Shown: in pieces, positions 1 through 12,799 of the stretch
Position numbering within the stretch: position 1 is the first letter of the stretch
How the letters are laid out: every line of letters starts with the position of its first letter
Source of the DNA: Balamuthia mandrillaris
Taxonomy: Eukaryota
Assembly: GCA_031835245.2 (NCBI GenBank)
Contig: JAVKOQ020000074.1
Span: 62,001 to 126,000, forward strand
Reading direction: 5' to 3'
DNA: 64,000 bases
The notes under the pieces: generated by a model
Databases searched by the model: none
Seen by the model: only the letters and a program-made list of their open reading frames with translations
What the model was told of the DNA's origin: nothing
Translations under genes and position numbers: made by a program

Positions 1-276
1 TTAAACGAATCTGATCTACGGTGTGGCCCGCATCACTCCACCAACCCCCGAGTGTCCACCGGGTTCGAGGGTGATGTGCTGGACAGCATTTGTTCTGTAT
101 GGACTTTTAAGGTGATGATACGGTGATCAAAAAGATCCATGTCGTCCCAAAAACGCAGAACAAGAAGAAGAAGAAGAAGAAGAAGAAGAAGAAGAAGAAG
201 AAGAAGAAGAAGAAGAAGAAGAAGAAGAAGAAGAAGAAGAAGAACAAGAAGAAGAAGAAGAACAAGGTAGGTTTAC

Positions 277-1441
277 TTAGTGAGAAGGAGCATCGCGCCT
301 CTCCCAAGAACGAAAATAGTTGGTGAGATGGCTTTTAGGCTCTGCCGGCCAAGGGCACAACCACAATGCAGCATTTGAGCCAAATACTTTCCGCCAGTTT
401 GCAATCTTGCTGCTCCTTCTTCCTTCCATAATAGCGCTGTTGTTCGCCTTCAGGACAATAACAACAATAAATACAAGGTAATGTTTCAACAACGAGAAAC
501 AGAAACAGAAAAAAACGAAAGGAAATAAGAAAGAAGCAATAAAACAGAAAAAGAAAACAAAAATGTTTCAAAAAAACCAATAGTGTACCTGTACAATATT
601 CTCAATAACGCTAATGCCAGAGAGCACGAGTTGGATATGTCGAATGAGCAAGAAGAAGCAGCTTATGCCCAACGACGCGGTAACGCTGATATGTTTGGTA
701 AATCAAAAGAACCATAAACGAACAAAGAAGACGAAAGAGAAGAAGAAATAAGCAGCAGAACAAAGAATAGGTACCCTAAAAAGCAATAGATGGGCACTAA
801 GTCCACGAATACGGTTTTTACAGTAAAGCTCCAATCCGACTGTAAAATGAAAGAATGTCCATCAATCGAGGAGGAGAATGAAGAAAGAAGGAGGAAGGAA
901 GAACGAAGGACGTACATCGGAGAGGAAGTGGATGCCACGATAGAGAAGAAGGGCGGAGCCAGTGAAGCAAGCCAGCGTTGCGTAGAACAGAAACAGCACA
1001 AATACTTTCAAGTTATACTTTCCTGTGTTTTTGTTTCGCATACAGAATGGTAAGAAAAGCAGAGAAGTAGAGCAACAAGAAGGAAGAGAATGAAGAAAAC
1101 GTTGTTGTCCCGACCTACACAATTGTTGATGTATGGGCAATGATGGTCCATCTCCAAAACGCACCGTCTGCAAAAGCTGCAGTGATGACTCCGAGCAGGC
1201 TTATAGCACTGGCATGCAGGGCATATTCTTGGCATCCTTCGTACTCTCCGTGGTCGTCCTTCTCCCACCTGTTCGTCTTCTGGTTCTTCTTCCTCCTCTT
1301 CTTGTTCTGGTTCGTCTTGATATCCACTCGGCCGCTACCGTGTTGTTGTTCTCGTTTAGAGGAGATGAAGCAAAGAGAGGAAGAGGAAAGAAACGAAGGG
1401 GACGAGAAGAAGAGGCGCAGAGAAGAGAGAGAGAGAGAGAG

Positions 1442-1491
<50 letters not shown>

Positions 1492-1912
1492 GCAGGCATA
1501 CCAATCCAAAGGGAACGTAGCCAGGGTCACAAAGCAGGCAAAAGGCATAGCTCACCGCATAGAAGGTGAACACCAGGTGGCACCACAGCACCACCAGCAG
1601 CTTTCCCAACCTCTCCCCGAAGCTCCCCGCGGCGTCCTGGTAAGGGCTCACCATGCGGTAGTGCGCAAAGACGGCGTACCAGAGGTAGCCCCACGTCAAC
1701 AGGGAGTAGATGAGGACGAAGCCAACCACGTAGCGGCCCTGGATGCGAACGACCAAGCGACCAAAGCAGAGGCCAAAGGAACGAAGGAAGGAACGTTTGG
1801 CGGTGGTTCTAGTGTCATTAGGAGGATAGTACACTGGTCCTCTTCGTTCTTCTGGATCCTCTTCGATCAACAGAGGAACGTTGAGTCTGCTCGCGTCTCC
1901 TTCATTTCTCAT
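277..1912 (-). CDS. DHHC-type palmitoyltransferase (multi-exon)
   Basis: Spliced reading gives TM helices, DPGYVP, then [50 protein letters not shown] and a C-terminal NWRKVFG...WLCP. Stop at 277. Confidence 0.93.
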
Positions 1913-2175
1913 CGCTTCTCTTTTTTTTTACTTTATTCGTTTTTTTTTGAATTATGGACGATAGATCAGATCGATAATTATAGATAATTTTGCGAGGGTA
2001 TGAGGGACGCCAGCACCAAAATATTGTATATTGCAATAATATTCTCCTAGCGATATTTCATGGGATTATTATCGAGAGTTTTAAGCGGACGCAAGTGTCG
2101 AAATGGAATAAATATTGTAAAATTTAATAATAATCGAATCAAAGCAGCAACCGGAGAGGCTCAAGAGATCTCTCA

Positions 2176-3393
2176 TCATTGATACGGAGAGGGGAAGTGA
2201 AGCGTTGGTCCTTCTTGCGTGCTCGGTGGCATCGTGGGAGGGTAATATCCCGAGTTGCTGTTGCTGTTGCTGTTGAAAGAGGGAGAAGGCCCAGAGAAAG
2301 GAGGAGGAGAAGCAGGGTGAGGCGAATACGATGGAGAATAAGAGGGAGGGTGTTGAGGCTGATGACCGTTGTTGGAGTTGTTGTGGGACCAACCAGTGGG
2401 AGGAGCAACGGGCGAGGAGGCGTGGTGGTGTACATGTTGTTGATGATGATAAAAGTTGGTTTGTTGGTGTAAATGTTGTTGTTGAGCGACCGAAGGAGGA
2501 TAATAAGATGGTTGAAAAGAAGGAGGAGGAGAGGAAGAAGGGAATGAAGGAGAAGGAGAAGAAGAGTGTTGAGGATGGAACGAAGGAGCGTATTGTTGTT
2601 GTGGTTGTGGTTGTTGTTGATAAGACAAAGAAGGAAAAGCAGATGGAGAAGAAGAAATATAAGAAGGAGGGGAGGAGGACGAGAAAGAAGTAGCAGCTGA
2701 AGAGGTAAAAGAAAGAGCGGAAGGAGGAGCAGGGTAAGCAGGAAGATGAGGGGCACGAGCTGGGCCAACCATCACTGAAGAGAGAGATTGTTTCGAAGGA
2801 GAAGTCGTAGCTCCAAGGTCACCAGGAGCACTATGAGGCCGATTTTGAAAAGGTGCTGTTGATGAAGTTTGTCTACCAATTGGAACGTTGTTATTGAGGT
2901 GCATATTTTGCATTTGCAGTTCGATGGCTCTTCTTCTTTCGTCTTGCATACGTTGTTGCTCTTTGATTTGTTCTTCTCTCATTTGGGCGAATTTGGCATA
3001 CAGATCCGTTGACGTTGCTGTGTTATTGTTGCTGTTATAGTTGTTGCTGCTGTCACAAGAAGCGGTAGCAGTAGTTGAGGCAGCAGAAGAGGAGGAAAAA
3101 GATGAAGGAGAAGAAGAAGCGAGTGACGACGAAGGGGAAGAACCAGAGTTTGAACGAACAGCACGGCCAATGCGATCACCAACTTTGATGAGAGTTTCAA
3201 CGGGTTGGGCGCTGTTGCGGAGGAGATCGTCATCAAAAGTGATGGCATGCGGTTGGAATAGTAACACGATGGTCGAACCTCCAAACGCAAAGTATCCATG
3301 TTCATCTCCTCTGTTTTATTTATTTATTGTATGCGTTACTTCAAAGGTAAAAAGATAGTAGAGCAAGAACGACAAGGACAGAAGAAAGACACG

Positions 3394-3433
<40 letters not shown>

Positions 3434-5706
3434 TTGTTTACGAGTTGGCCAGGATGAGAGGTGAGACAGATAGAACCGACGAGAGTGGCGCCGATGCTCA
3501 CATAAAGCACGCTTCCAAAGTCGGGCGAGTGAATCTCGGTGACGCATCGTTTGTTCTCTCCGTAGACGTTCACATCTTTCAGATTAACTGCAATTGGGTT
3601 GACAGTATAGTACTTGCCAGCGATATGATAAGTATTTCCCACTCGCCCTTTTATAATACAAAAAAAATGTGTTGGAACATAGATGAAAGAAGGAGAAAGA
3701 AGAATGAAGAAAGATGCAAGAAACGGAGATGAGGTACCTTTGACAGGCATGTGATAGCGATGGTAATCCTGAGGAGCCAACCGAAAGATAGCAAGGCTGC
3801 CGCCTGAAAATTTGTGGGCCAAAGGCGCGTTTTTGAGCAAAGAAGCAACAGAAAAGTTTTTGCTGCATTCAATGTTTAAATATTAGTGCCAACGAAAGAA
3901 ATAGGAAGAAGAAGAAGAAGAAGAAGAAGAAGAAGAAGAAGAAGAAGAAGAACAAGCACAAGAAGAAGCACAAGAGGAAGAACAAGAAGAAGAACAAGAA
4001 GAAGAACAAGAAGAAGAACAAGAAGAAGAACAAGAAGAAGAAAAGAAGAACAAGAACAAGAACAAGAACAAGAACAAGAACAAGAACAAGAACAAGAAGT
4101 AGAAGAAGATTACCCTTTGATCCAAAGACGAGTAGCTTCAGAGATATTCGGGAAGAACATACTTCGACAGTCGGCTGGAGATACTGCAATTGTCTGCAAT
4201 AATAGTTTGCGTAAGTTATGATGCGAAGAGAGCAGATAGAAGGGAGAAACATACAGGATCATTAGGAGCAAAAATTGGTCTTGCGCCAGGTTTAAGTTTT
4301 CGGTAGAAAAACTCATTGAAATTCTTAAAGCTTGAAATAGGGTCCAATATCTCCTCCTCATTCAATTCATGAAACTACAAACACAAAGGAGCAATGCAGA
4401 ATATTAATTATCGTTGTTAACTGAGAAAGAGAAAGCGAACGAACCTCGATGAAAGGCCGAATATCTTTAACACTTGCTGGGTGGTCATACTTCTCCCCTT
4501 GATTCACTGTCATTTGGTGCAATACTTTGTGTGCCGATTTGCCTCCCAAAGCTTTAGTAGCAAGTTTGTTGCCGTACATGGCATTCAAAGCCATCTTTAT
4601 GTAAGGTGGGATCTTTTCCTCCACTAACACACCGGAATTTCGCGCCAACACCAACAAACGGCCATCCTTGTGCTTCATCTTCGGCAGCAACTTTTTAACT
4701 TTGCCCAACGGTGTTACCAATCCGGATAGTACTATTTCGTGAGCGTCGTTCATCAGAAAAAGCAGGATAAAGAAAAAGAAAGCACTAAAAAAGAGAAAGA
4801 AAGAGAAAGAAGAGACTTCTGACCAGTGTTTCTTAAGGCAGCAGGGTTATCGTGTAAGCAAGTACCAAGGTGGAAAATTATCTCATCGTCGTTTGAAGGA
4901 AGAGAGACAGTACAGATGGGACATTTCTTCAACAAGAAGGAGCTTTGATTTTCTTTTTGTAAAACAAAGTAATGACGAAGAAGATAAAACAAGAGTTACT
5001 CATACAATCTAAACAGATGGAAAGGAAGAAAGCAATCGTACGATTTGTAAAGAAGATCAATTCTTCTGCAGAAAGTTTGCCATCTTTGTTGATATCAATC
5101 GTGGAGAACTGTGTAAATAAACGGTCAGACATAAGGTACAACAAGTGCACTCAAACTAATAATATTAAAAAAAAGGGGAGAGGGAACAAACCAGTCTATC
5201 GATGTCTTCTTCCTCCATGCCGCTCCCAAGCGCTTCCAGCATCCTCGTCACCTCAAACCGGTCAATCTCACCATCGCCGTCCAAGTCGAACAGTTTCGCA
5301 CACTCCACCCAAAACTCTCTCTGAATGTCTTCCTTCAAGACAAACTCTGTGATGACATGAATCTGGGCGTGATTGTCGTTCTTATCCCTCAAAAAACCTT
5401 TGCTGTGCTCGGTGTCCAAAATGAGCCATCTATCATGGATAGGTTTGGTGCGAGCGGTTGGAGGCGAAGAAGCAGAAGGAGAAGGCATGGACATATGCTT
5501 GGACTTAAGACAAGGAGCGAGAGGCAGCATGTGAACGCCTGCCAGGTTGTGAAGGCCTTCCTCCTCACCACCACCTGTTACTTGTAGTGGAGTTGCATCA
5601 TACACTGAAATCAGAAGTTCTCCGTTGTCTTTGTCTGCTCTTGTTATTGGTCTGTTATTATTTTTGGTTCGTAAGTCAGATAAGAATAAAGAAGTGAGGA
5701 GAAAGC

Positions 5707-5742
<36 letters not shown>

Positions 5743-6898
5743 CAATACGCACAAGCTGAATCGTTGTGACCATTTGGGAGAATTGCTAGGGGCAGCAACG
5801 CCCGTTTGAAAGTGGCGTCCATTAAACGCAAGTGTACAATAACAACTTGGAGGACCTACAAAAGAAGAAAGGGAAACAGTACGATGAAAAGCTTAGTACA
5901 AGAAGAGAACATAGAAAGACCCAAGACGAAAGATGAAAGAAGCAGAAGGAAGAAAGGAGAAGAAGCACGAAGCGAACCTTTTATATTCCGAGGAAGGTAT
6001 TTAGATTCAACAAGTGTGACGAAAAGAACGCCATAGGATTCGCTTCCCAGAAGTTGACGAACCGGCATTGAAGACGCAGCAGAAGGAGAAGGAGAAGCCG
6101 GTGACCATGACGAAGATGAAGAAGAGTTATTTTTAGTTCGTTCCATAGTCCAGTGAAGAACAATCGTGTTGTAGGCATCCTCCAGTTTTGGAAAGTTAGA
6201 GAAGCCAAACTGTTCGTTCGTTGTGGTAATTAGAAAGAGAGAGAGCAAAGAGAAAGAAATGAAACCAAACGAACCTTTTCTCGTTTGCCATTATCAAGAA
6301 ATACCACTTTGATGCCGTACAGCCTGGTCTTTTTGACCTCGATGATGTCCGCTAGCCGTAACTTGCGCTAAACACAAAATATTATCTCAGCAAGAGAAAG
6401 AAAGAATGAAAGAAAGAAACGACAAGAAAGAGAGAAAGAAACGACAAGAAAGAAACGACAAGAAAGAAAGAAACGACAAGAAAGAAACGACAAGTCAGAA
6501 AAAGAAAGGAACCTTGGTCTTGGCACTAAGAATGTTGGAATAAAAACAAAGGTGGTGGTTGGAGAGAAACAAGTTTCCCACTCGCGGCGGCACCGTGTTC
6601 ACCGTACAGCCATACACTAGAAAGGGAGAGAGAGAGAGAGAGAGGAGAGAGGGAGAGGAGCGGAGAAAAGAGAAACGAGAAGTCAAGAGAAACAAAACAC
6701 AGAAGCGAATAGCGAAAAGGGACACGAAAGACGAAAGAGGTGGAGAGAGGTTAGTAATGGCCACATCAAAAAAAAAAAAAAATGAAACAGCTGCAGACAG
6801 TTATGGTTGAGAAAGAGGTGGTGGACAGTACCTTCCAGCAACTGCTCATCCGGCGGCAGATCGAACCGCTTATGAAACTTCCAGTCCTTGGAGTTCAT
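2176..6898 (-). CDS. PSD2: Phosphatidylserine decarboxylase proenzyme (PSD2-type) with N-terminal GRAM, C2 and EF-hand domains and a long low-complexity C-terminal tail
   Basis: GRAM-like FHKRFDLPPDEQLLE|YGC...GNLFLSNHHLCFYSNIL; C2-like GVLFVTLVESKYLP; EF hands FDLDGDGEIDRFE and IDINKDGKLSAEE; PSD motifs NFNEFFYRKLKPGARP, SPADCR, FRLAPQDYHRYH, GATLVGSI and GYFAFGGST (3271-3282). Confidence 0.92.
6410..6494. repeat. 14-bp minisatellite AAGAAAGAAACGAC, about 5 copies, intronic
   Basis: Read directly; three perfect and two expanded units. Confidence 0.85.
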
Positions 6899-7222
6899 TT
6901 GTTGTTGTCTATGTTACTTCCTTCCGAAAAAAAATAAAATAAAATAGAAATAATAATAAATACTTTGACGACGATTGTTAATAGGTGGAGGAGGTAAAGG
7001 AGAAGGGAGAGTGGAGAGGCCTACAACTTGACGTGCTGCCCTTTTTCCCAGAAGACAAAAAAACACAACAAACTTTTCCGTTTTCTTCCTCTCCTCTCCT
7101 CCTCCTTCTTGGATTTTCTTCTTCCTTCTTTTTCTTCTTTACAACTTACCTAATAGGATAAATTAGAACTATCTCTGATTTTCTATTGGTTCAGCCACAG
7201 ATCACTGTTGATTGAGCTTTAT

Positions 7223-7286
7223 TTCGTGTCGACACGAACTGAGGTTACATTCGTGCCGACATGAAAAGTCTTATATCAAGGTCGAC
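7223..7286. promoter_or_regulatory. GTCGAC palindrome cluster in the PSD / membrane-protein divergent promoter
   Basis: Perfect 16-bp palindrome TTCGTGTCGACACGAA (7223-7238), imperfect copy (7250-7265) and GTCGAC (7281-7286). Confidence 0.55.
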
Positions 7287-7452
7287 GCTGACTCAGCAAG
7301 AGGCAAAAATAGCAATAGCAAGGTTTGTTGAACGAAGGGACGCGCAAGGAATAGAACAACAGTTGGAACACACTACACCTTCCCCCCCCGTTATTTCAAC
7401 ACACAGGCTTTAAAGTGTTCTTATGTGTTGTTGCAGTGTGGTCCAACGCGCA

Positions 7453-9396
7453 ATGATGCAAATGGAGACGTCCCCGCAGAAAAAGGCATACTTGGCCTAT
7501 TGCCTCTTGTGCTGCCTCTATACCTATGGCGTTGGCATGATTCCTCGGTGTGAAGGGTTTGGAGTGAACCTGTTGGAAACCGCTGGTGAGATGTATCCGG
7601 GAGACTCCACCAAAGGAGAGATAATCATTGATAGCGAGACGGACAAAGTCGTTGACAGGTGGGGCTACGAAGGACATTCCTACCAGGAAGGCGTGTACAG
7701 CTCGGTCACCAGTTTTGCAGTGTTGGTGGATGAACGGGTCTCCGAAGCTTTTGGGGACATGAAAGCTGCAATCATCATAGATCAGAGCAATAACGGTTGG
7801 TTAATCTATATTATGCAGTTTGTTGTCACTGTGTCCTATTGTTCCTCTCCTTTTATCAAGGCTTCTTTCATCGATGGTTGCACGTCTGTCTTCTTGATGT
7901 TCCTGTGCCTCTCTCTTTATTATTTTTTCTTGGGTCACTCCAACACGCTGTATTAACACACCAATTATCTTCTTTAAACAATCAGTTACGGAGGACGAAG
8001 TGCTGAAGCTGCACACAACGGGAGATGCCCTTATCGGCAATCTAGTGGAGGGGTATGACGAGTTTGTGGAGTTCACACTCACTGTGACCTACGAGTGCCT
8101 TCGCCCAGGCACCAGAACCATCGGCGCCTCGGTCATCGTCACAAACTCCTTCGGCTTCATAAAGTACCTCAACTTCTACTGGAGCAAGACCTGCGGCTCG
8201 GGTCCGAGGAAAGGCCTCCGCATCGGCATGGAGGGAGACACCTTCGACAGCGTGGTTCGGGATGGCAAGCCGGTGCCTGGTTGGCAGTTCACCGATATGG
8301 CGGGCAGAAGCATGGTCACGTTTTATTTGTCGTTGGAGGAGGGAGCGGGGTCGCAGTACTTGCCCGCTCCTACCTTGATTAATGGCAGTCCTGAGCACCT
8401 TTCGGTTTGTTTCCTTCTCACTTGCTCCTCTTCATGTTCTTCTCTTCTCGTCGCTGCGTTGCTGCTTTCTTCTTTCTTCTGAATACTGTCACAGGCAAGC
8501 ATGGTAGAAGCCTCCAGAGCCACAACGCTGACGGATAATGAAGTGCAAAGGGTAAGCGTCTTCTACACATGCAAAGGTTCTGGCGTGATTCCTCTCAGCA
8601 TTACCTACAAGCTCGGCTCCTTTGATAGCGTCTCCTTCGCCTGGCAAAAGAGCTGCGACGGCGGTCTTCGCGACGGCTTCCACGTCTCCTCCGTTTCTCC
8701 CTCTTCCTCTTCTTCGTTCCGCGAGGGGGACATCTATCACAACGGCAAACTAGAAGACCCATGGAACCCAGCTCTCACCGCTTCCTCCTCCTTTGTCGTC
8801 CCCGCAGATGTCTTCTTCACCGACTTTTGGGTTCGCTCCGAGTTGGCCGGCAAAACCATCTACTTTGAGCGGCCTCTCCTGACCGTCTCGCAGCAGCAGG
8901 GCAACGTGCTCACCGCCGAGGTGCAGGGGAGGGAGCATTACTTTGCCAACGCGGAGGGCAACCAGCGGCTGAGGGTACATTATCGGTGCAAGCAGGCCGG
9001 CACCGCAAGGATCACCCTCACCGTTGTGTTCACGGACAGGCATCACCCAGTGGAGTGGTCCTGGATCAAACAATGCGGTTTGTTTCATATCATCTGTGTT
9101 TGCTGCGCTCGCTTCCTCTTTTGCGCTCTGCTTCTGATACTCTTGCCATGCTGCAGCAAAACTGAAGCCATTGCCTCCGGCGGAGCCGCACTATATCACT
9201 GCCAACAAGGCCATGTTCATCTTGTACGTTGCTTGTTGGCACTCCTTCCAGAGCTCTTGCTGTAACTGACCACCAAAACAGTTGTGTCACGGTGGCGTGT
9301 GTAGGAGGGTTGGGCTACGCCGTCTATCAACGATACCAGCAGAGAAAACAGCAGCAAGAGCTCGAGCGAAGACGACGACTGCAGATAGAAGATTAG
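7453..9396 (+). CDS. Uncharacterised type I membrane protein with three Cys-bounded extracellular repeats
   Basis: Hydrophobic N-terminal signal; three YxC..G...WxKxC repeats; spliced TM segment FIFCVTVACVGGLGYAVY followed by a basic tail; TAG at 9394-9396. Confidence 0.75.
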
Positions 9397-9433
9397 AAAG
9401 TAACTTTTAAAAAATAAAGACAAAGAATAAAGT

Positions 9434-9483
<50 letters not shown>

Positions 9484-9553
9484 GAAAAAGGAATAAAGTG
9501 GTAATAGTTTTTCTGTTTCTCTTTGCGCTTGAATGAAATCCGTTCAGAGTTTT

Positions 9554-12500
9554 CTAACTGCCAATGGAACCGCCGTCAGCAAAGTATTCATCTACGCTGC
9601 GAGCACGAACCGCTTCTTCATCCTCTTCCTCCTCCTCTTCGTCCTGTGCTTCGATGACTGCCCGTTTCATGGCTTCGTTGGCCAACATCACTTCTTCTTT
9701 TTGACATTCCAATGATATTCGTTTCTGTAACATCGCTTGAGTTAGAAGAAAGAAGAAAAAGAAGTTTTCAAGATGATAAATAGAAACAGCAAAGATAAAA
9801 GATACACACCTTTTTGAGGACTTTGTACATGACTTTGGAGCTCCAAAAAGCATGTTTGACGGCCTCATACTCTCGGTGCACGATGGGACACATGTTCATC
9901 TCCGCATCGAACATTCGCTCTCCTTTGGCATAGCGGCGGATGCACGCGAATAACGTCGAATGTAACGCTGATAGAGAACGATCCACTGATGTGTTGTCTA
10001 TTTTCGGGATCTAGAAAAATCACGATTAGATAGAAGTCTCTCTTTAGTGAGAAAGAATGAGAAAGAAAGAGGAGAATAAAAACCAGATAGCGATCGGCTC
10101 GGCGGCAGAGGAAGTCGGAGATGATGCGAATGTTTTTGAAGTACTTGATATACTTATTGTTGCGCGGATCCAACGTCATGTACTTGGAACGGATAGCAAA
10201 TCTTGACCTGTGTTTAGCCTTTAAATTTATTTCAAAGAGTTTCAATGTTAGAATTTGGTAGGAAAAAAAAGGATACGAGACACGGAAGAATAAAAGAACA
10301 AAAGGAAAATGCAAAACAAAACAAAAAGAGAACGGAAGCGTACTTCGTTGCTAATGTAAATGAGGAAAGGAATACATGTGGGATGTCGCTTCATCAACTG
10401 TACAACGAGGTCCATGTTCAAGTGAACACCTTCCACGATGAGCGACTCGTGTCTACGTTCGCAGCCGGTAATAATGTTGTCCAACTCTTTGAAGACAAGC
10501 TGTGATTGTGCTTTGTACCCTCTTAAAATCTATTTATATAGGAGGTGCAAAGAAGACATATAAGTGGAAGAAGGAAGAGGAAAGAAGACGAAAGAATAAC
10601 GAGAAATGGAGATGAAGAAACAACAAACCCTTTCTTTATAGGAGATGTCAGGCGGAAGATCAGCCATGACCTCTCCTGCATGATAGGTAGAAGCCCAAAG
10701 CACGGGATATTGCTCCTGTGGCATGAACGAACGGAGCATGTGCCGAATATTGTCCGTTGATATAACGGTCGTAAAGCCAATTCTGTTCAAAAGGGAAAAA
10801 AAAAGGTAAATAATAAAAATAGCTAACAGATAGAAAGAAGATAGGACAGAAGATAGAAGACAAAAGACAAGATGAACGAAAAACGAAGTAGAAACCTGCT
10901 TGCCAACAGAGAGGCCAAAGTGGATTTGCCACAACCGGAAGTGCCACCAAGAAGCACTATGAATGAATGTTTGCGGTTGATCACATCGCATGAAATACAA
11001 AAGTCTTCTATCGGATTCGCATTAAAGTATTGAGCCCTGATATTTTTTGTAATTAGAAAAAATACAAAAAAAGTACAGAGAGAGGGAGAATTACGCGTTA
11101 AGGGCAGCGCGAATAACACGAAGGAATTGTGGTTTGGTGAGAGTAACACTGGCCCCAGTCTCTGAGAGCTGTATTTCATCCGCATTCCATCCGACAGGTG
11201 GAGCGGAGGCTTGTTGCTGTTGCTGGCCGGTGGCCTCTTGGCTCCGTGGCCCGTTTTCTTTAACAAATCCCTCCTCTGGCTGTTTTACTTGAATAAAGTC
11301 CTTTACAAAGTTTGGATTCTTCAAAAGCTGAAATACCCACTCTGTTTAAAATTAAAAAAATATATGAGTGAATGATACAATGAAAGAAGGAGAAGGGATG
11401 AACGACAACGATGGTCTCGGGAGTGGAACAGGGAATGGAAGAACGAAATGGGTACCCGTAATTTGGGAGGCTTGTAAAGGCTTACAGCCCATGAACTGTA
11501 GAGCCACTTTAAGGTGAAATCTGGCGTAACGCCTTAGGCTTGGGTTTTGGTGCAATGGGTCGTCTGTCTCCGTCTCGCGAAAAGTTAACCCTGCCACTAT
11601 CTGCTCCACATAATATATGACAAAAGAAGGTTAAGAGAAAGAAGCAATCAAGAGAGAAAGAAGAAAGAAGGAAGAATGAAAATGCAGACCTCAGTGAGGT
11701 CATCATTGGAAGCCTCGGCAACAGGTTGAGCTAGCACAGGAGAGGATATGAAAGGAATCGGAGTGTTCGTTGCCTCTTCCAACACGCAAATGTACAGCAA
11801 TCGAGAGCGAGACATTGTTGTTGGAGCTTTCTTGGGCTCATTCGCAACAGTAACAAGTTTTCCACCATCAGCAGAAACAGCACTCGGTTGTGGTTGCTGT
11901 TGTTGTAGCTTGGTGTTAGCTTGAACAAGAATCGCTTTATCTTCTTCCTTTGCGGTGGCAACAGCAGTGGTCGCCGATGGAGTAACAACAGCCACAACGT
12001 CCTCCTTTCTTTTCTTATTATCATCGTTGCTCTTCTTATGCCCTTTAACAGGAGAAGAGGTCTCGTCTCTCTTCTTTTGAGCAGCATTCTTATCGCCTTT
12101 GTTATTATCGTTCATAGCAGCAGAACGAGAAGAAGCAGACGACGAAGAAGCAGCAGACTTCGCAGTGGTCGATGGTGTTGCAGCGTTGTTCTTGTTATCG
12201 ATGGCGTTGTTATTGTTGTTGCGTTTGTTGGCCATCGCACTGAGCAAGCCCAAAAACCATTTTCGCTCTCTGGAGGCAGACTCCTCCAAAGCAGCTCTGT
12301 CCCTGATCCTCCTTCTCTCTGTCTCTTCGCTCCGCCTCCTTCGAGAGATCCTCTCAGCGCTCCCTCCTCTCGATGGCCCCGACGTTCTTCTCGGAGAGAT
12401 GCATCTAGCACTACCCGACGTGTGCGAAGAAGCAGCAGAAGATGCAGCCGAAGAAAGAGCTGAAATAGAGGCAGCAGAAGAGCTGTTATTGTTGTGAGCT

Positions 12501-12799
12501 CGTCCAACTCTATTCGATGAAGTAGAGGTAGAGGACGAAGAAGCAGCTGTCGCTGCACGTAAGGCTCGATCGGCGTCCTCGCTTTTTCTTCGGCTGTGTC
12601 GACGGAGCTTCTCGGCCTCCGCTTCGGCCTCCTCCATGACCGCTCCTCTTTCCGGAATGACGACGACGGAGCCACCACCACCAACCGATGGAGAAGAAAA
12701 GTCAAGCGATTGTCTTTTGGGTGATTTCTCCTCCTCTGCCACTGCTTGCTTTGTCGCAGCAGCAGCGGCGGTCGATCGTTTTTGAGGCGAGGAAGCCAT
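9554..12799 (-). CDS. LPA1-like / 2-phosphoglycerate-kinase-like P-loop NTPase
   Basis: [88 protein letters not shown]; low-complexity N-terminus. Confidence 0.87.

Noticed and set aside
1..126. Open plus-strand frame at the window start (LNESDLRCGPHH...)
   Set aside because: Could be the 3' end of an upstream gene, but too short to identify.
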